The translations under genes were made by a program, and so were the position numbers. The notes under the pieces were generated by a model. It was not told where the DNA came from, searched no databases, and worked only from the letters and a program-made list of their open reading frames with translations. From positions 186,001 through 250,000 of the forward strand of contig CM082592.2 of the NCBI GenBank assembly GCA_040954595.2: DNA of 64,000 nt, read 5' to 3'. Each line of letters opens with the position of its first letter. Within the stretch, counting starts at the first letter, position 1. The DNA comes from Balanoglossus misakiensis (lineage: Eukaryota; Animalia; Hemichordata). Shown here one piece after another: positions 1 to 14,116 of the stretch.

Positions 1-3000
1 TGGCTACTTGTCGATAAAGTTCAAAAAGATGAGATGCATCAAATGCTTGGAAATGTTTCTTAACATAAACACTACCTTTTAAACGCATGAAAGCGAAAAT
101 TCCATTCCCTACACTGTCTACTGTTGTGTCTATCAGTGTTCCAGGTATAAGGGTGCCACTAGTTATAAACTCAGGGTATTGAAAAAATGTCTTGTAGAAA
201 GATATCTTTCCGATGCCTGCAAAGTATAGTCACAACCTGTGCATATGAACACTGTTTGAAATATTTTGCCTACATATTGGAGGGGAATATGTTGCAAATA
301 AGGGTCTAAATTTAAATCTGATTTGAATTGATTCATGTCTAAATAAGTGAGATTGGATAAATCATTATCCAGTTGTACAAATATCTCCTTTTGAACATGT
401 TGATATAGTACTGGGAGGAGAACATGATAAGTATCGGTATCAGGGGAGTAAATAACACCTTTCTTGTAAGAGGACTGAACTGCATGAAGGATGCATCTAC
501 TGTCAGCTTCTTCATGACAACTTTTGGCTTCCCACTCAGACACAATTCCATTACTACCGACGAAAAGACTCTTGTCCCTATTTTCCCCATCAAAGCCACC
601 TGCTGTAATGAGGACATGATCACCTTGCAGAGCCGGTACAATTATTTTTAAAGATGTGGCTGACAAGAAGTTCACTAGTTTTCTCTTGTTTGGCCTACAA
701 TTAATGTATGTTTTGAGCTAATATTATTGATTTCCTATTTTTTATGCATTTGTTTGTATTTTTCCATGTTATTGGTAAAAAGTCTTCATTTCTGAAAGTG
801 ATGGGCTTACTTCTTTTAAATTTAGTATGAAGCTTCCCAATTGTTGTCTGAGTAACCATAGTTGTGTTCAAATTGTTGTAAAATTTGCATATTTATAATT
901 TTGAGCAATATTTGCCATTTTTGGTCAATTTTTTTTTCTGTAAAACCGCATGACGTATTGCTTTGCAATTTGGTAGGCATGTTCGTAGGTGTAACCCAAA
1001 TAATATGTTGTAAAATATGTGATATTTTCATAAATGTGTTATCGGGGAAACTTTTGCAATTTTTGTCAAAAATTGTTTTCCTGAAACTGCTTGTCATATT
1101 GCATTGAACTTTGGCAGCATGTTCCTTGTAGTGGTTGAAGTAAGGTATTGTACAATTTTGTGTTTTTGCCACTTTTGAACAAATATTTTTTTTGTGAAAC
1201 TGCTTGTTGATTGCTTTGAAATTTGTTTTTTCTCTGATTGCTTTGAAATTTAGGATATAATTTCATAACACATACATGTATATGTGCAACTTTTATTCAA
1301 TTCTGATATCAGAAATATTCAATATTTAGCGAGTTTTTTCTCCTAAACCAATTGTCCAGTTGTTTTGAAAGTTACTGTTTACAAGGAGTTGTTACCCCCA
1401 ACTGAGACATGTTTACATAACTTCAATAAGCCAGCTGTTAGAGAGACCATGGGCTATTAAATTGTTTATTACTAGTGGCAGGTCAGTGTGTGTGTCTGTC
1501 TGTCTGTCTGTTTCAGAGCTGACTGAAAGAAGTTGCTTCTCATATGTGTTTGTACAGACAATTTTTGGTCAATTTTTTTTACATTCCATATTTCTATATC
1601 GTAAGATCATATCTGCTTGCAATGTCACCTGTAATTTTTATTCTGGTGTGTCACTGTTTCCGCATAATCCTCAAATGGGACCACAGTGTCCTTGACGCTA
1701 TTATTTGCTGTGTCATCTGAAAATATATTAGTTAGCTCCCTGGCGGTATTAAGTGGTGAAAATACATCAGCACCTTCAAGACAATTGATATACAACCTGC
1801 AGTTTGACTCATGTATTTTATGTACACTAACTGAATTATGGGTTTTCATTTTAGAAAGAAAATAACTGATCTTTTAGATTCTTGGCAGCCATAGCTCTAT
1901 AGGGTAAATAAATTGCTATTCTCTCCATTAACCCACCTGTAGAAGTATGCAATGCAGCTTTAACATCTTTATTGACGCACATTTCATGGGCTTCATCTAG
2001 TGCTACATTAACCCAAGTTGAGCCTGACAAATTGCAAACAAAACCACCTCATTTTTTTCAAAGCCGATATTCGAAGGTTCCAATTTCCTGACCTTATTGC
2101 AATGTACAAAGACATGTATGCAAACAAATCTTCCTCTATAAATCTAACCCAAAATTTGAAAGTTTTGTCTGTATTTGCCCTTCTGCACAGTACGTGAAAT
2201 ATCCCATAATTCATTCTGATTTGTACAATCAGAGATTACTCAGTCAAACCAGGCAAAGTTCACATGTGTAGAGAGAATTGTAGACCACTAATAGAAATTT
2301 TGAGATCTTACTTTTAAGGTGAATCTTATTGTCAATTACCATTTCAAATGATTTAGAAAATTATGTATTATTGAGAGAGAAGATACGAATTTTATAAAAT
2401 AATCAAGCAATTGCATAGCCAGCCATACCAAAAAGTTTGGAGTAAAACAGGGACACTTGAAACACCTGTTTAATCAAACAAAAAGATATTGATATTTTCT
2501 TTTGACAGAACAATGGAAATTTACATGTTAACTTTCAACAGAGACTGGCCACCTCAGTCAATCATTGCTTGTTTCCTCATTGCTTGTTTCCTCCGAAGTG
2601 TGGCATTTGCAGTACATGAATACTTTGATTCTTAATGCTTTTAAATTTTGATTTTGGAATTTCACTCTAATTCCTCAACGTACTTTTCCTAGATAAACAT
2701 AAATAGATTGATATGTACTTCATATCATTGTTAGTGTCTAAAACAGAAAAAGTTATTAAATGGGCAACCTACGATGATACAAATCATGGAGAATTGTGGG
2801 TAAAATATCGTACTGTGTTCTGTCACAAAAATTCTGAAATTCCTCTTGCAAGCGAGTAAGTTGAGCCTTAAGGTCACCATTAATTTTGTCAATATGATCA
2901 GCTTTATCTTCAGTACATTCCAAAGATTTTGTGACAGCTTCTAGTAATTATTTTTGGACTGTTTCTGTATTTAAGGGACAGTGCTGGGTATTATGGGTTT

Positions 3001-5509
3001 CACCCCTCTTATTCAAAAAGGAATTGCAACACATCTAAACATACTTTCCCAAATTTGTGTTAGGAAGCGATGAGTTAGCTTGAAATTTGTACACTGTACT
3101 AGGGTTTCCAAAGTTCCCCCTTTATGATTGAACCCTGCCAGATGTTTTAGGCCAGCATCCCAGGATATTTTCATGATGACTGGTTGGTAATTTTTTAGAG
3201 TGTGCCAGTCTCTGATAAAAGGCTGCAACCAGTCTAAATTTGCACCATACATGTCTTTTAACTTTATCAGGTGATGGAAAGTTTTCCCATCACCAACCAC
3301 AACCAGGTATTTTATTCTTACACCAACTCTGAATGTAACATATACAGCTTATTGATAATGTTATGGACAGTTTCAATGGTGTCTGCGTGTTCACTTGCTA
3401 TGCCTAAATAAATGACATTTGAGCATTCACTGTCATCACTGTTAGCATTTGTTGCTAATGTTGATTTAAAATCCCCAAAAACTGTTTCTATATCAGCTCT
3501 GTGCATTGCATTTTTCTGTAGAGCAAAAATGAATTGTCAGAAAACAGTTCTGACCAAGCAATGGCTTCTTCTTGTTTAATGTCAAAATCTGACAGCGAAA
3601 TTGATGACCGTGGTTGATGTTGTCTCAGTAGAGGTGGTTTAAATACTACATCATCATGAACAGTATCATTGAATTTTTTTCTCCGTAAATGTACGGGCTT
3701 TTGCAATCAAACCTGTACCAGTATTTTTTTAGATAGATCTGTCAACCATGATTTTAGTATTATTTCCACAAATTGCCAAAAATTTCATTCATTTCAGAGT
3801 CTACTGTATTTTGTGAACAAAAGCCACTGTTTAATTCCTGCCACCGTTCAAATGAATTCTGTGCATTTTCACTCACCAGACTATCTTTACTTTTAATTAA
3901 CTGCCTGTTAAGAAGCAAATCATAATGGCCTGGTTGACCTGGCCTGTCTGGTGTGTACAAGAGACAGACAGGCTCAGTCTTGGAGAACACATCACCATCA
4001 CCTCTTGCAAATATATCATTCTGCTTGGTGTATATATGTAATGGACATTTTGCAACATACACTACAGATAACATTTCTGGCATACCAGCATATTAATCTG
4101 CCTTTTCCATACATTGTGTCCTGTGCAAAATGTCCATATAACGAGTGCCGTCTAACAGGACATCAAGTTGTGCATCATCCATTCCTTCAAAGTATATATG
4201 ATTGGCACGCATTATGTCTACTGTATCTGCTCTTAACTTGTCTGCGAATATTTTCTCTCGGTCAGCTAAAATTGGGTCAGAAGGGAGTCCACTAGGTAGA
4301 TGATCGCAATTTTGCAATGCAATATCATTTCTCACAGAGATGCTCCTGAAAAAGCACCTTCCACCACCATATATGTTGATTAGCTTAAAATCTTTGACAG
4401 TTGAATGTTTGTCATGACTGCCAAAAACAATATCATCAACACTGTTCAAAATTGACTTTGGTTTTGGTTGGACCATTTGATAAGAGGTACCGTGGAAACC
4501 TCTGTCCTTTGGATCAGCTCTAGCAGCTGCATATTTAGCTGATTTATCACTATTGTCAATGGAAGTTATACAAAATGCATTATTTGCAATATTTTCCTCT
4601 GTGAAATCAGCTGATGTTCTTTTGTTGATAACTCCCAACATGTATCTATGCAATGTATCTCCAGAACAAATAATACCAAATCAATTTAGAATTTTCACTA
4701 GAGTAGATGACCTACTATAACCTTCAACAATATCAGCCAGGTAAGTATGCAATGGGTAAGTACAATGATCAGAACAAGTGAACAATAGCATACACACAAA
4801 ACAAACGCCTGAGGAATCGTGCTCTACTCTCCATAGAGTGCTGGTCATAAAATCCATAGTAGTGTTTATTCCATTCAAAGTTGGGGCTTTTTAATTTACT
4901 GCATTCACTGTTGTTCAACGTTTTATCACATGAACTGGCCCGTATAGCCGCTTGTGTGACGTAGAACAGGTCGAATAAAAAATCCGAATTTACTCCTGTT
5001 CTACGTCATCAACCGGAACTATTTACACTGATTCGCCCGTCGCTGTAACTTTCTTGTGAAATGGAATAAACAAGTGGATGAACCCGTAGTTGTACATAAG
5101 TCATATAAAACTGACGGTTCCATGACGGTTCCGTAAGAATATCGCTGGGTAAAATCAATACGAGAAAGGTAGAATTTGAAACGTCAACGCTACGATCATG
5201 AATGTGTGCTTGCAGCTAGCGGGCCTGGTCCCGAGCGAGCCAGCACATTGTCTTGATTTTAGGCTTACGGAAGTTACGAGAATGGTTTTGTTCCAGCTGA
5301 GCGGGATGACTAACACTCTGTATTCTGTCCACTGGTCAACGATAAGTATAAGACGTGGAAAAAACATCGCAATTCATTTGTTTGAGAATCGAAAACATTT
5401 TAGTGGGGCAGTTAACAAAAAAATCGTGCACTTTGGGTTAAAAGCATGAAACTTGGTACACTTATGCATTGACCCATGGCGGCCATTTTCTGATATGGAT
5501 CCAAAATGA

Positions 5510-5657
5510 CAGCGCCCTCTAGTGGCCAGAAACAGACATTCATACTTAAAAACCGTGCACTTCAGGTTAAAAGCCTGAAACTTGGTACACTTATGCATTG
5601 ACCCATGGCGGCCATTTTCTGATATGGATCGAAAATGACAGCGCCCTCTTGTGGCCA
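5510..5657 (-). promoter_or_regulatory. Two CTCF-consensus motifs with YY1-like motifs in the left TIR
   Basis: CAGCGCCCTCTAGTGGCCA at 5510-5528 and CAGCGCCCTCTTGTGGCCA at 5639-5657. Each is preceded by CATGGCGGCCATTTT. Confidence 0.55.
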
Positions 5658-5771
5658 GAAACTGACATTCACACTTTCCCCCCATTAATGGCACTTTTTG
5701 GTCATTTGTAACACTCTGAAACAGGAATGTGGGTTGTAAAACATGCTTGCTACCATACATTCATGTGTATA

Positions 5772-6490
5772 CTGTGGAATACTTTTTGTTCGCGTGGAAT
5801 TTATTTTGGCTGCTTTCGCGGAGGTAATTTTTGCGCGAAAATTTGTTCCAGCGGTATGTTTTGAACACAATAGACATGAATATTAATGAGCTAGATCGAC
5901 TGACGCAGTGACCTTTGACCACTGATTACTTGCATGTTACGTCTATGGAAAACAATCTGACACGGAACACGCACTCACGCTCACGCACTCACATGTCGAC
6001 AGTCATTATCGACACCTAGTAATTGACACCATAACTAAAACTGGTTAAAAACAATAAAATCAAATGTTTGCCGACTCGATTGACACCCAAAACGCATTGT
6101 TTGTCACCTAACAGCAGCCTGTGATGTTTGTGTTTGACGACTTAGCTTTGTCGATGTCAATCTGACACGGAACACGCACTAACGCACTCACATGCCGACA
6201 GTCATTACCGACACCTTGTAATTAACACCATAACTAAAACTGGTTAAAAACAATAAAATCAAATGTTTGCCGACTTGATTGACACCCAAAACGCATTGTT
6301 TGTCACCTAACGGCAGTCTGTGATGTTTGTGTTTGACGACTTAGCTTTGTCAACGTCTAATTTCAATTAGCGTACAGCGCCTTGGCTGATGACAATGTAA
6401 AGCGATCAGCGCGAAAATAAAGTCGCGCCGACGTATCGATTTTATCCATTGCGCGAAAATATATTCCAGCGATAATAAAGTATTCCACAG
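5772..6490. mobile_element. TA-TSD MITE (Tc1/mariner-like) nested in the left TIR
   Basis: TA|CTGTGGAATACTTT...AAAGTATTCCACAG|TA. The right TIR shows the empty site. Internal ~205-bp direct repeat at 5953-6355. Confidence 0.75.
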
Positions 6491-7018
6491 TATTATCCTA
6501 ATCCTGATATACATGTATCAGATCAATCTTGATTACATCTTCCTTCACAGTAACAATGACCACTGCTGTCAGACTAGACCTAAAGCACCTACAGAATCAT
6601 GTCCATGACTTTTGGCCACTGATTTCCTGAGGTTGACTCTTTTCTTGGGCTTGACTAAGAGTTGTCCAACTTGATTTCCACTGGGATTCTGTTGGTTTGA
6701 TTTGGCTTTGCTAGGTTTCTCACAGCACATGTTCTTTAGATGCTGCCTGTATTCTCGAGAATCCTTGACTTTCTGGAGAAGAGGTGTTGTATTATCCCTT
6801 TGCATGACTTTGTGTATTGAACTGGTTGTTATATCGAAGAACAAATCGTTCAATTAGTAACATACAAGATTGATCTGATGCATGTACATCAGGATTAGGA
6901 TAATATTCAAAGGAATGTATGGGAGCAAGCATGTTTTACAACCCACATTCCTGTCTCTGAGTGTTAAACTTGCCCAAAAAGAGTCATTAATGGGGGGAAA
7001 AGTGTAAATGTCAGTTTC

Positions 7019-7166
7019 TAGCCACTAGAGGGCGCTGTCTTTTGGGATCCATATTGGAAAATGTCCGCCATGGGTCAATGAATAATTGTACCAAATTTCA
7101 TGATTTTAACCCAAAGTGCACAATTTTTAAGTATGAATGTCTTTTTCTGGCCACTAGAGGGCGCTG
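7019..7166 (+). promoter_or_regulatory. Two CTCF-consensus motifs in the right TIR
   Basis: TAGCCACTAGAGGGCGCTG at 7019-7037 and TGGCCACTAGAGGGCGCTG at 7148-7166. Confidence 0.55.
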
Positions 7167-7557
7167 TAATTTTGGATCCATATCAGAAAACGGCCGCCAC
7201 GGGTCAATGCATAAGTGTACCAAGTTTTATGCTTTTAACCCAAAGTGCACAATTATGCCAAAATGTGGGGTTTAGCTCCTGCACTATTTGTCTGGGGTCC
7301 AAGGCTGAGATTCTGTACGACGGTTGTATTTCCGCGGAAGCACAACTGCGCTGACTAGCCAGGCCGACGCAAACGCAACCTTGAACCTTGAACATCGTTC
7401 CTGGACTAATATTTTTAATATCCTGTCACAATAACGGTTTTAGGATATATGGCAATGGAACTGTGTTTATTTTTTCATAAATTTTACAGTGAAGTGCGTC
7501 ATTTTTTCTGTCAAACTGCGACTTGCAGCATAACTTTGCAGGCAACTCGACGCGATT

Positions 7558-8050
7558 AATTGCTAGGATGTTGTGTTGACATGTACACAGCGCGAGACAA
7601 TGATTGACAGGCAGAATGTATCAAAATTCTGGCCCATGTGACTGACTCCGCGAATCTGATTGGTAGACAAGACGCAAAAGTGTAAAAACTTGAAAGTCGA
7701 TTTCACTTTATGAATGAAAGTGATTCCATAATTAGCATATCTCGTTGGGGCCACAGATCGTTGCGCAGGGGAAAGAACGTAATCCCGCTAAATAAACTAC
7801 AAGGCCGCTCGAATATTTTAGCAGGATATTGGAATATTGTATCCTACCTCTTCTAACGAAAAATAAGAAGACTGTTCATGTGATAAATATATAATCCCAT
7901 GATATTTTTCTTTATTTAACGTCATCGTATACTCGTGGTTTTCGCGGAGTCTAGCAACTTCTTGCCTACGGCTCGAAGTTGCACGGCTCTGCGAAAACAC
8001 TCGTATACGATGACGTCAAACAAAGAAAAATATCATGGGATTATATATAA
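7558..8050. mobile_element. Hairpin-ended (Crypton-like) non-autonomous element inside Academ; also at 26629-27120
   Basis: ~160-bp imperfect palindrome at 7887-8048 with apex CTTGCCTACGGCTCG and an upstream CTGATTGG. In copy 1 it probably extends left to ~4921. The family name is inference. Confidence 0.5.
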
Positions 8051-9698
8051 AAATAGTATTCCATAACACAGGGTCAATCTCACTGACAATATATTCAACA
8101 TCAAGTGTACTCAGATCAACAGTGTTTGTTTTGCAGTAATTACTGAATTTTTTAGATTGCTGATAAATGCTGACATTTAATTTCACAGCCACCAAATCAA
8201 GCATTTTGAAAAAGTCAACGTCAACTTTACTCAAGTCTCATACTTGCTTTTCAAGCCTCTCTATCTGTTTCTCAGCTTGCACAACATACTGGGGATGTTC
8301 GACAAGTGCATTTTGGAGGGCAATAGTGAGATCTGAACCCGTTCGGTACAAAAAGGTGGAGAACTTTCTACTCACTTTTGATACAACAGAAAGGTGAATT
8401 GGATAATACACACATAGAAATTCCCGAATAAGCCAGCTATTAGGTTTTCTGTGGAATTCCACTGGTTGTACCTTGACCTTGGGTCGCAAAGTCTGATATT
8501 CATCGTCTAAACAATCATTGAAATATTGCCTGACGTCAAACAATAGAATGGCGTGTTTTCTGAGGAGCACTTCTCCTAAAAAGACAACAGTTTTCCAGCA
8601 TGCAAATTTCACCAAGTCGGTGTCACAGCTGCAGCCTTTTTGTAGCATTGTGACATATTTTTTAATTTCTTCAGCAAGTGCTATATCACTCTACATAATT
8701 AGGCCTTGTTGAATACTACACGTTGCTTTTTCCGCTAAAGCAACAAATGTTTATAACATTTCAAACAAATCAGGCTGTCTTGAGTAAGGGCAAATGGTGT
8801 GTTAGTTTGTTGGTGAAATGTTTGCACCATATCAAAATCAGGGATTTTAAACAAATTGTTTGCCCGTGATAAGCACGAAGTACACAAGGGATGGCTTTTT
8901 CTCACAGCAAGGATGTAGTGATGTTGACACAGTGGAAATGATGAAAATCCTTTAAAACCTGAGTTGGCTATACTCAATTTTGTACACAGTCCTCCTCGCC
9001 TGAAATCAGCTCTATAATGTCGCGTAAAAAAATGGCCTATTTCGCGACCCTTCAGCGGGGCCCACGGTAACGGCTACATGGTATGAAGTACTTTCCCTCA
9101 TTAACATATGTTAATGAGTACCATGCGATCTGACTGTACAGACACACATACACAACGAGAGATTAACAGGCAAACACTGGCTGACCCATAAGCTGCCAAT
9201 GGCATGTGTACTGTACACACAGCAAATGGTCTCTTTAACAGATAGCCAGTTATGAAAACATGCAGTTACCAATCACTGTTATTATTGACAAATTGCATCC
9301 AAGTCCAGACCCAGGCTTGAATACAATTTTTAAACAATAACAACATTGCTTACCCTGCTTCACCGAGCTGAACAAGAAATGATGGTTGATAACCAGCATA
9401 ATACTGAATAAAAATTCAAAAGTTACAGATATAGGACCTTTCGTTGCCCATATATTATATTACCATGGTCTGTGCGTTGCATTTTAATTGCCAAGATGAA
9501 CGACATCACTGACCACAAATACCCAGTAATGGTTTGTTTACATGCCCGTAAATCTGAATAGTAATATTAGCAAATAGTTCAGTGAACACAACATTTTGCA
9601 TAACACAAGTTCTGGGGCCCCTAGTCTTGTGTGTGGGACATTTTCATAAATATTGATGGTTTTCTTGAGATTGTTGGTAATGTAATGGAAATAAATGT

Positions 9699-9781
9699 AG
9701 GGCTCGGGCTCTAGGAAAGCCAAATTTCATGGGCTCAGAAGCCTTGCCCATGAATTTTGGGCTTTCCCCTCGACCTTGCCC
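9699..9781. repeat. Imperfect palindrome; also at 28769-28850
   Basis: GGGCTCGGG..AAAGCC.AAATTTCATGGGC / GCCCATGAATTTTGGGCTTT..CCTTGCCC. Confidence 0.55.
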
Positions 9782-10287
9782 AAAAACAAACGTTAATGGT
9801 CAGGGCGTTGTTCATTATTTCTATATTGTGTTGATCTTACCTGTACACTCTCCATTGACCAATCAATATTCCACAGCACAAGTGCAATAAAAAGAGCCTG
9901 CTGTATTCACACACTGGCCTCCACAAAGATCTGCTCTCTCCATATATTCATTGACATCTGAAATCAAAGATAGTTATTATTAATAAATTTATTATTATTT
10001 ATTTCCTAACAAATGTAATACACATCCATCTCAGTGCATTTTCTACAGAAAATAATAAAATTAGAAAACAAGTGAAAGCTTAAAGGATAAAAATTACACT
10101 TAAAAACCCCAAACAAACAGAAACAGTTCTGAAAGACAATCCCTATAAACCAAAAAAGCAATGGAATGAAATAGTGCTGAATAAAAGGACGAGTCTTAAA
10201 AACCCCTTTGAAAACTGTCAATAGATCCAGCATTGTGGATAGAAGGTGCACAAACACTGAATCCTCTTTAGCCATATGCCTTGTTAA

Positions 10288-11082
10288 GATGGGTCCCCCG
10301 TATCTTTTTGCCCGTTGCTATGGGCCTATATAGGACATTACACCCCGATTTGGACTAAGCCGTTTTCAGAGTCTAACAAGGGGCTGGCAACAAGTTGAAA
10401 ATCTGCACGATTGTGAGCGCGCGCTCCCTGACGCCATTGATATGCAATTTAGCTAGGTCAAATTTCAAAAAGCCTAAGGCTTTTTATTCCGTGACCTAAA
10501 AAACGAACTTGATACGTATTCATTAGTTGCTCGAACCAGGGAAGATCGTGACGGATTTTGTTTTCGAATATTATCGTTGTATCCTACGATTTCAGCATAC
10601 CCGTACCACACCTGAAAGAGTCATCGATTTTGGGTGTTTTTGGACGCACTATTCCACCGGTATCGCTTCTTAGCACGATGAAAACTGAAAAAACGATCTG
10701 TCACACTGTGCGGAAGTACGTTCTCAACAAGCAGGTCAAATTTGGCTGGCCTACGTCGCCTGTGAAAAAAGGCTTAGGGATTTTTGTGAACGGTGCAAAA
10801 TCTCTGTGTACAAAACATTGGATTTTTAGCGTTCGATCCAGTTACTGTGGTTACGGGACGCGCACGCTATCGCTGACCGCTGCTTTGCCGTATTAGCGTG
10901 GCGGCCTATGGCCGGGCGGTAGCTGCCGTAACCATACTCGGACAGAGTGTGTGCACACTATCGTGCGTATTTTTAACTGGTTACAAGCCCCTTGTCGGAC
11001 GTTTATAACGGTTTCGATCAAAATTGAGTGTAATGTCCTGTAAAGGCCCATAGCAATGGGCAAAAAGATAAGGGGTCCCATC
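10288..11082. mobile_element. Kolobok-like non-autonomous element, copy-1 specific
   Basis: TTAA TSD at 10284-10287 and 11083-11086. ~55-bp TIRs GATGGG..GGACATTACAC with RR..YY termini. Empty site TGTTAAGTTTTG at ~29361 in copy 2. Confidence 0.85.
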
Positions 11083-11700
11083 TTAAGTTTTGAAATGATC
11101 ATTCACGGTGATGAGTTATCAAGAATATACCCGTTAAAAATTACTGTACCCTCAGAGAAGCATTTTGTAATGTCTTTAAAATTTGATGAAAACTATATGA
11201 ATTTTCTAAGTGTATATTTATTCATTTGCAGAGGTAATTTACTTAGCTATAGGTTGATAATTTATGTTAATTTCAATGAATTATGCAAATAAGTAGTGAA
11301 AATACTTGTACATGAATATATCAGACAGTCTTATAGTGTCGTGTGAGGTTGATGACACATATTCTTAACCACATATTTCTTGATCAATTAATTGTGTTTA
11401 CACCAAAGTCCTCAATATCCATGGCAATCTCTTCCTAGGAATTGTAACACTCTCTCCAAAATCCCCTGAAACTTGTGTACCCTGTCAGCAAAACTTTGTC
11501 TGATTTTTAAAATACAGATTACTTTTTCACCCTTGCAAACACATTTTCAAAGATAAGTTTTCACATTTGTTAATTTGTTTATATTATGCATAATTATAAT
11601 TGGAACAATTCTAAGATACAATTTCAACAAACATGTGTTCAGTACGAGTGTGCGGTTGATTTCAAATTTTAAAATGTGTGCAATGGATAGACAGGATGTG

Positions 11701-11897
11701 TGTTTAGCTGATTGTAACCATAGCAATATGCAATCCCCAAAAACAGTGTAGCCACAGAAGAGACCAATGTTTAGCTGATTGTAACCATAGCAATATACAA
11801 TCCCCAAACAATGTAGCCACAGAAGAGACCAATGTTTAGCTGATTGTAACCATAGCAATATACAATCCCCAAATAATGTAGCCACAGAAGAGACCAA
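11701..11897. repeat. ~65-bp minisatellite, 3 copies (also 29969-30916, interrupted)
   Basis: TGTTTAGCTGATTGTAACCATAGCAATAT.. recurs at 11701, 11768 and 11833. Confidence 0.9.
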
Positions 11898-11914
11898 AAT
11901 CCACAGTTACATAC

Positions 11915-12037
11915 CGCCACATGCATGGCCATCTTCCAGCAGATAGAATCCTGGTCTGCAAGCGCAGAGATAACTACCATGGGTATTCTGACAACAGTGT
12001 TGACATGCATTTCCACCACTGTGACATTCATTCATAT
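11915..12037 (-). CDS. Calcium-binding EGF exon (phase 1-1), copy 1
   Basis: ag|DMNECHSGGNACQHCCQNTHGSYLCACRPGFYLLEDGHACG|gtatgt, 123 bp. Confidence 0.85.
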
Positions 12038-13829
12038 CTGGAAGGTAAGAAGAAATTAGAAATTATTTACAAGCATTACATTATTCAAGATAAGCCTACT
12101 TTTGACTACTGGAATCTCACACCAAAGACACCTGGGCTCAGATTTATAACAAGATGGGGATAATTTGTCTCAATTTGATCATTTGAGACAAAATATCCCC
12201 AAACTTATATATTGTCGATGTAACATTATAATATAGTTATATCACTGTCAGGCATTTATGTCCTACAGTCAAGCGGTTTTAGGCACCTGCAGTCATTTTG
12301 ATGGAGTTGGTTTGAATCCCACCAGTGCCAGAAGTGTGAGATGGTCAACTGGACTTGAGGCGTTTGAGTTCAACCAAACTTTATTTCTAAGTCTAGGAAC
12401 TGCATGCACCAACTAAGGCCTACAAAATGGCTTCTGGATTGAAGAGAACTCACAAACACATGCAATCACTTTTATAGGAGTAAACAGGTGTTAAAATAAC
12501 ATGTAAATTTTAGAGTTTTTTTTGTTTAATAAGATTTGTATTCAAATTCTATTTCTGAGTCTTACATAGTGATGACCTTTTGTCATGCATTGATGTCATG
12601 CAACCACTTACTAATTACACACATGTGTTGGTGAGTATCTACAACCACATGTTGAACCTCTTTAAATTGGACACCTGCAATCCAAACAATTTCTTCAGTC
12701 CCTTTGGTGTTAGACGGGTTTGACTGTACTTGAAAGTGCAGTTGATATACAGAACAAAATGCTAAAAATAGAAATTGCAGACACAGTGACCCTTTAAAGG
12801 CCCTGCTCAACAGTTGCGTGCTAACACAAAGGATTTCTTATTTGTCTTCATTGTTCTGCCCTGAGATTGAGAAAATGGCCTTTAATATGTAAAGTGTCAG
12901 TTGCAGGTGCATGGCAGTACAATTGACATGATCCTTTAATTTTACAGTGCAATTATAAGATAATACTTACAAATCCTCCAGACATTATTCTGAAGAGAGA
13001 TATGTATGCTTCCTGGCTGTTATTCACAAACTGGAACTCCACAGTGCGTGAGTTTTGAAACATGGCACCAAGTGATTGCTGTGGGGAAAAAAATTGACTC
13101 CAATCACCATCCCTTGTGCAGGCAAAAGATCATGATATTGCCCTCGCTAACATGTGTTATTATTTAAATATTTCACCTCTACTTATGCAATGAATTAATG
13201 AATACAAAGTGTTGTAGGTCATCCAACATGAGAATGTCACTAACAAAATTATCATTGAGTTTCAAATCCCAAGTAACAGTGGACTTATATAGTTTATCAC
13301 CCAGATGAAATTTTTTATCTAAATCTGCTCCTGTCGTATAAGGTTGCTTTGTTAAGACATACAAAGGGAAATGATTGCATTGCATGTACACTGTGTGCCT
13401 CTGGATGAAAGACCAATCTGTGTATTTCCTTGATGGGTACTACCACACGTTGTTCAGCCAAGCTCATAATTTGTGTAATGTGTACCCTCCAAAGATACAT
13501 CTGGAAGCACCCTAAAAAAGGCTCACTATCCAACATGATCCAACCACAATAACCCCATTGACCTACAGTCAATTGTTTTAATTAGTTATTTGTATGTGAG
13601 CTGTACACACCTCTTGCCATTCCAAGGCTCCGTGCCAAACAACACTTTTCTGCTGTTGTTGTTGTTGTTGTTTTTGTTGTTGTGGATCAACTTGCTGCTG
13701 GTGAGTCAACTTGATGCACTTGAGCTGTAGAGGGCACTGGTATGTCCAGATCCATCGGTAGTGAAGTACTGGTATTAGCCTGTAATAACACATACAAATC
13801 ATGACTGTAAATAATTCTGTATTATATTA

Positions 13830-14116
13830 TATCATGCTACCGTCCACAATTCTGATTGGACGAGAGCTCAATCCAGCGATGCTAAAATTAAGCAATAAAA
13901 CATCCCTAGCCATGGTGTACCACGAGATTTTGACCAGTTCACAACATATACGCAAGAGCGATAGCGAGTGCGTATATGGAGTTGAACTGGTCAAAATCTC
14001 GTGGTATACCATGGCTGGGGGTGTTTTAATGCTATTATATTATGCCAGCATATTGAAACTTTGCATAAAACCTTTTAAAAAGGCATTTTCTTTGACTATG
14101 ATATATGACTGTGGTA
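13830..14116. mobile_element. Hairpin-ended (Crypton-like) element; duplicate at 32015-32390 and an independent inverted copy at 37690-38005
   Basis: ~140-bp palindrome GCAATAAAACA..GAACTGGTCAAAATC..GTTTTA(A/T)TGC with a CTCGCTATCGCTC-type apex and CTGATTGG. Confidence 0.6.

Larger units (their letters stand above)
5401..7286. mobile_element. Non-autonomous TAGTG..CACTA TIR element (Academ-like), 3-bp TSD
   Basis: TTT flanks at 5398-5400 and 7287-7289. ~400-bp imperfect TIRs built from 129-bp subrepeats. Central ORF remnant at 6569-6853. Confidence 0.7.
1..9136 (-). mobile_element. AcademX-type transposon, duplicated copy 1 (extends beyond window start)
   Basis: Near-identical to 21525-28204, with the same right TIR (ends 9136) and the same flank TACAGACAC. 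Has 2.6 kb of extra sequence at 4921-7557 and small deletions near 1580 and 2050. Confidence 0.85.

Noticed and set aside
12270-12330. tRNA-like sequence with GGTTTGAATCCC B-box
   Set aside because: No cloverleaf can be folded. At most a decayed SINE head.
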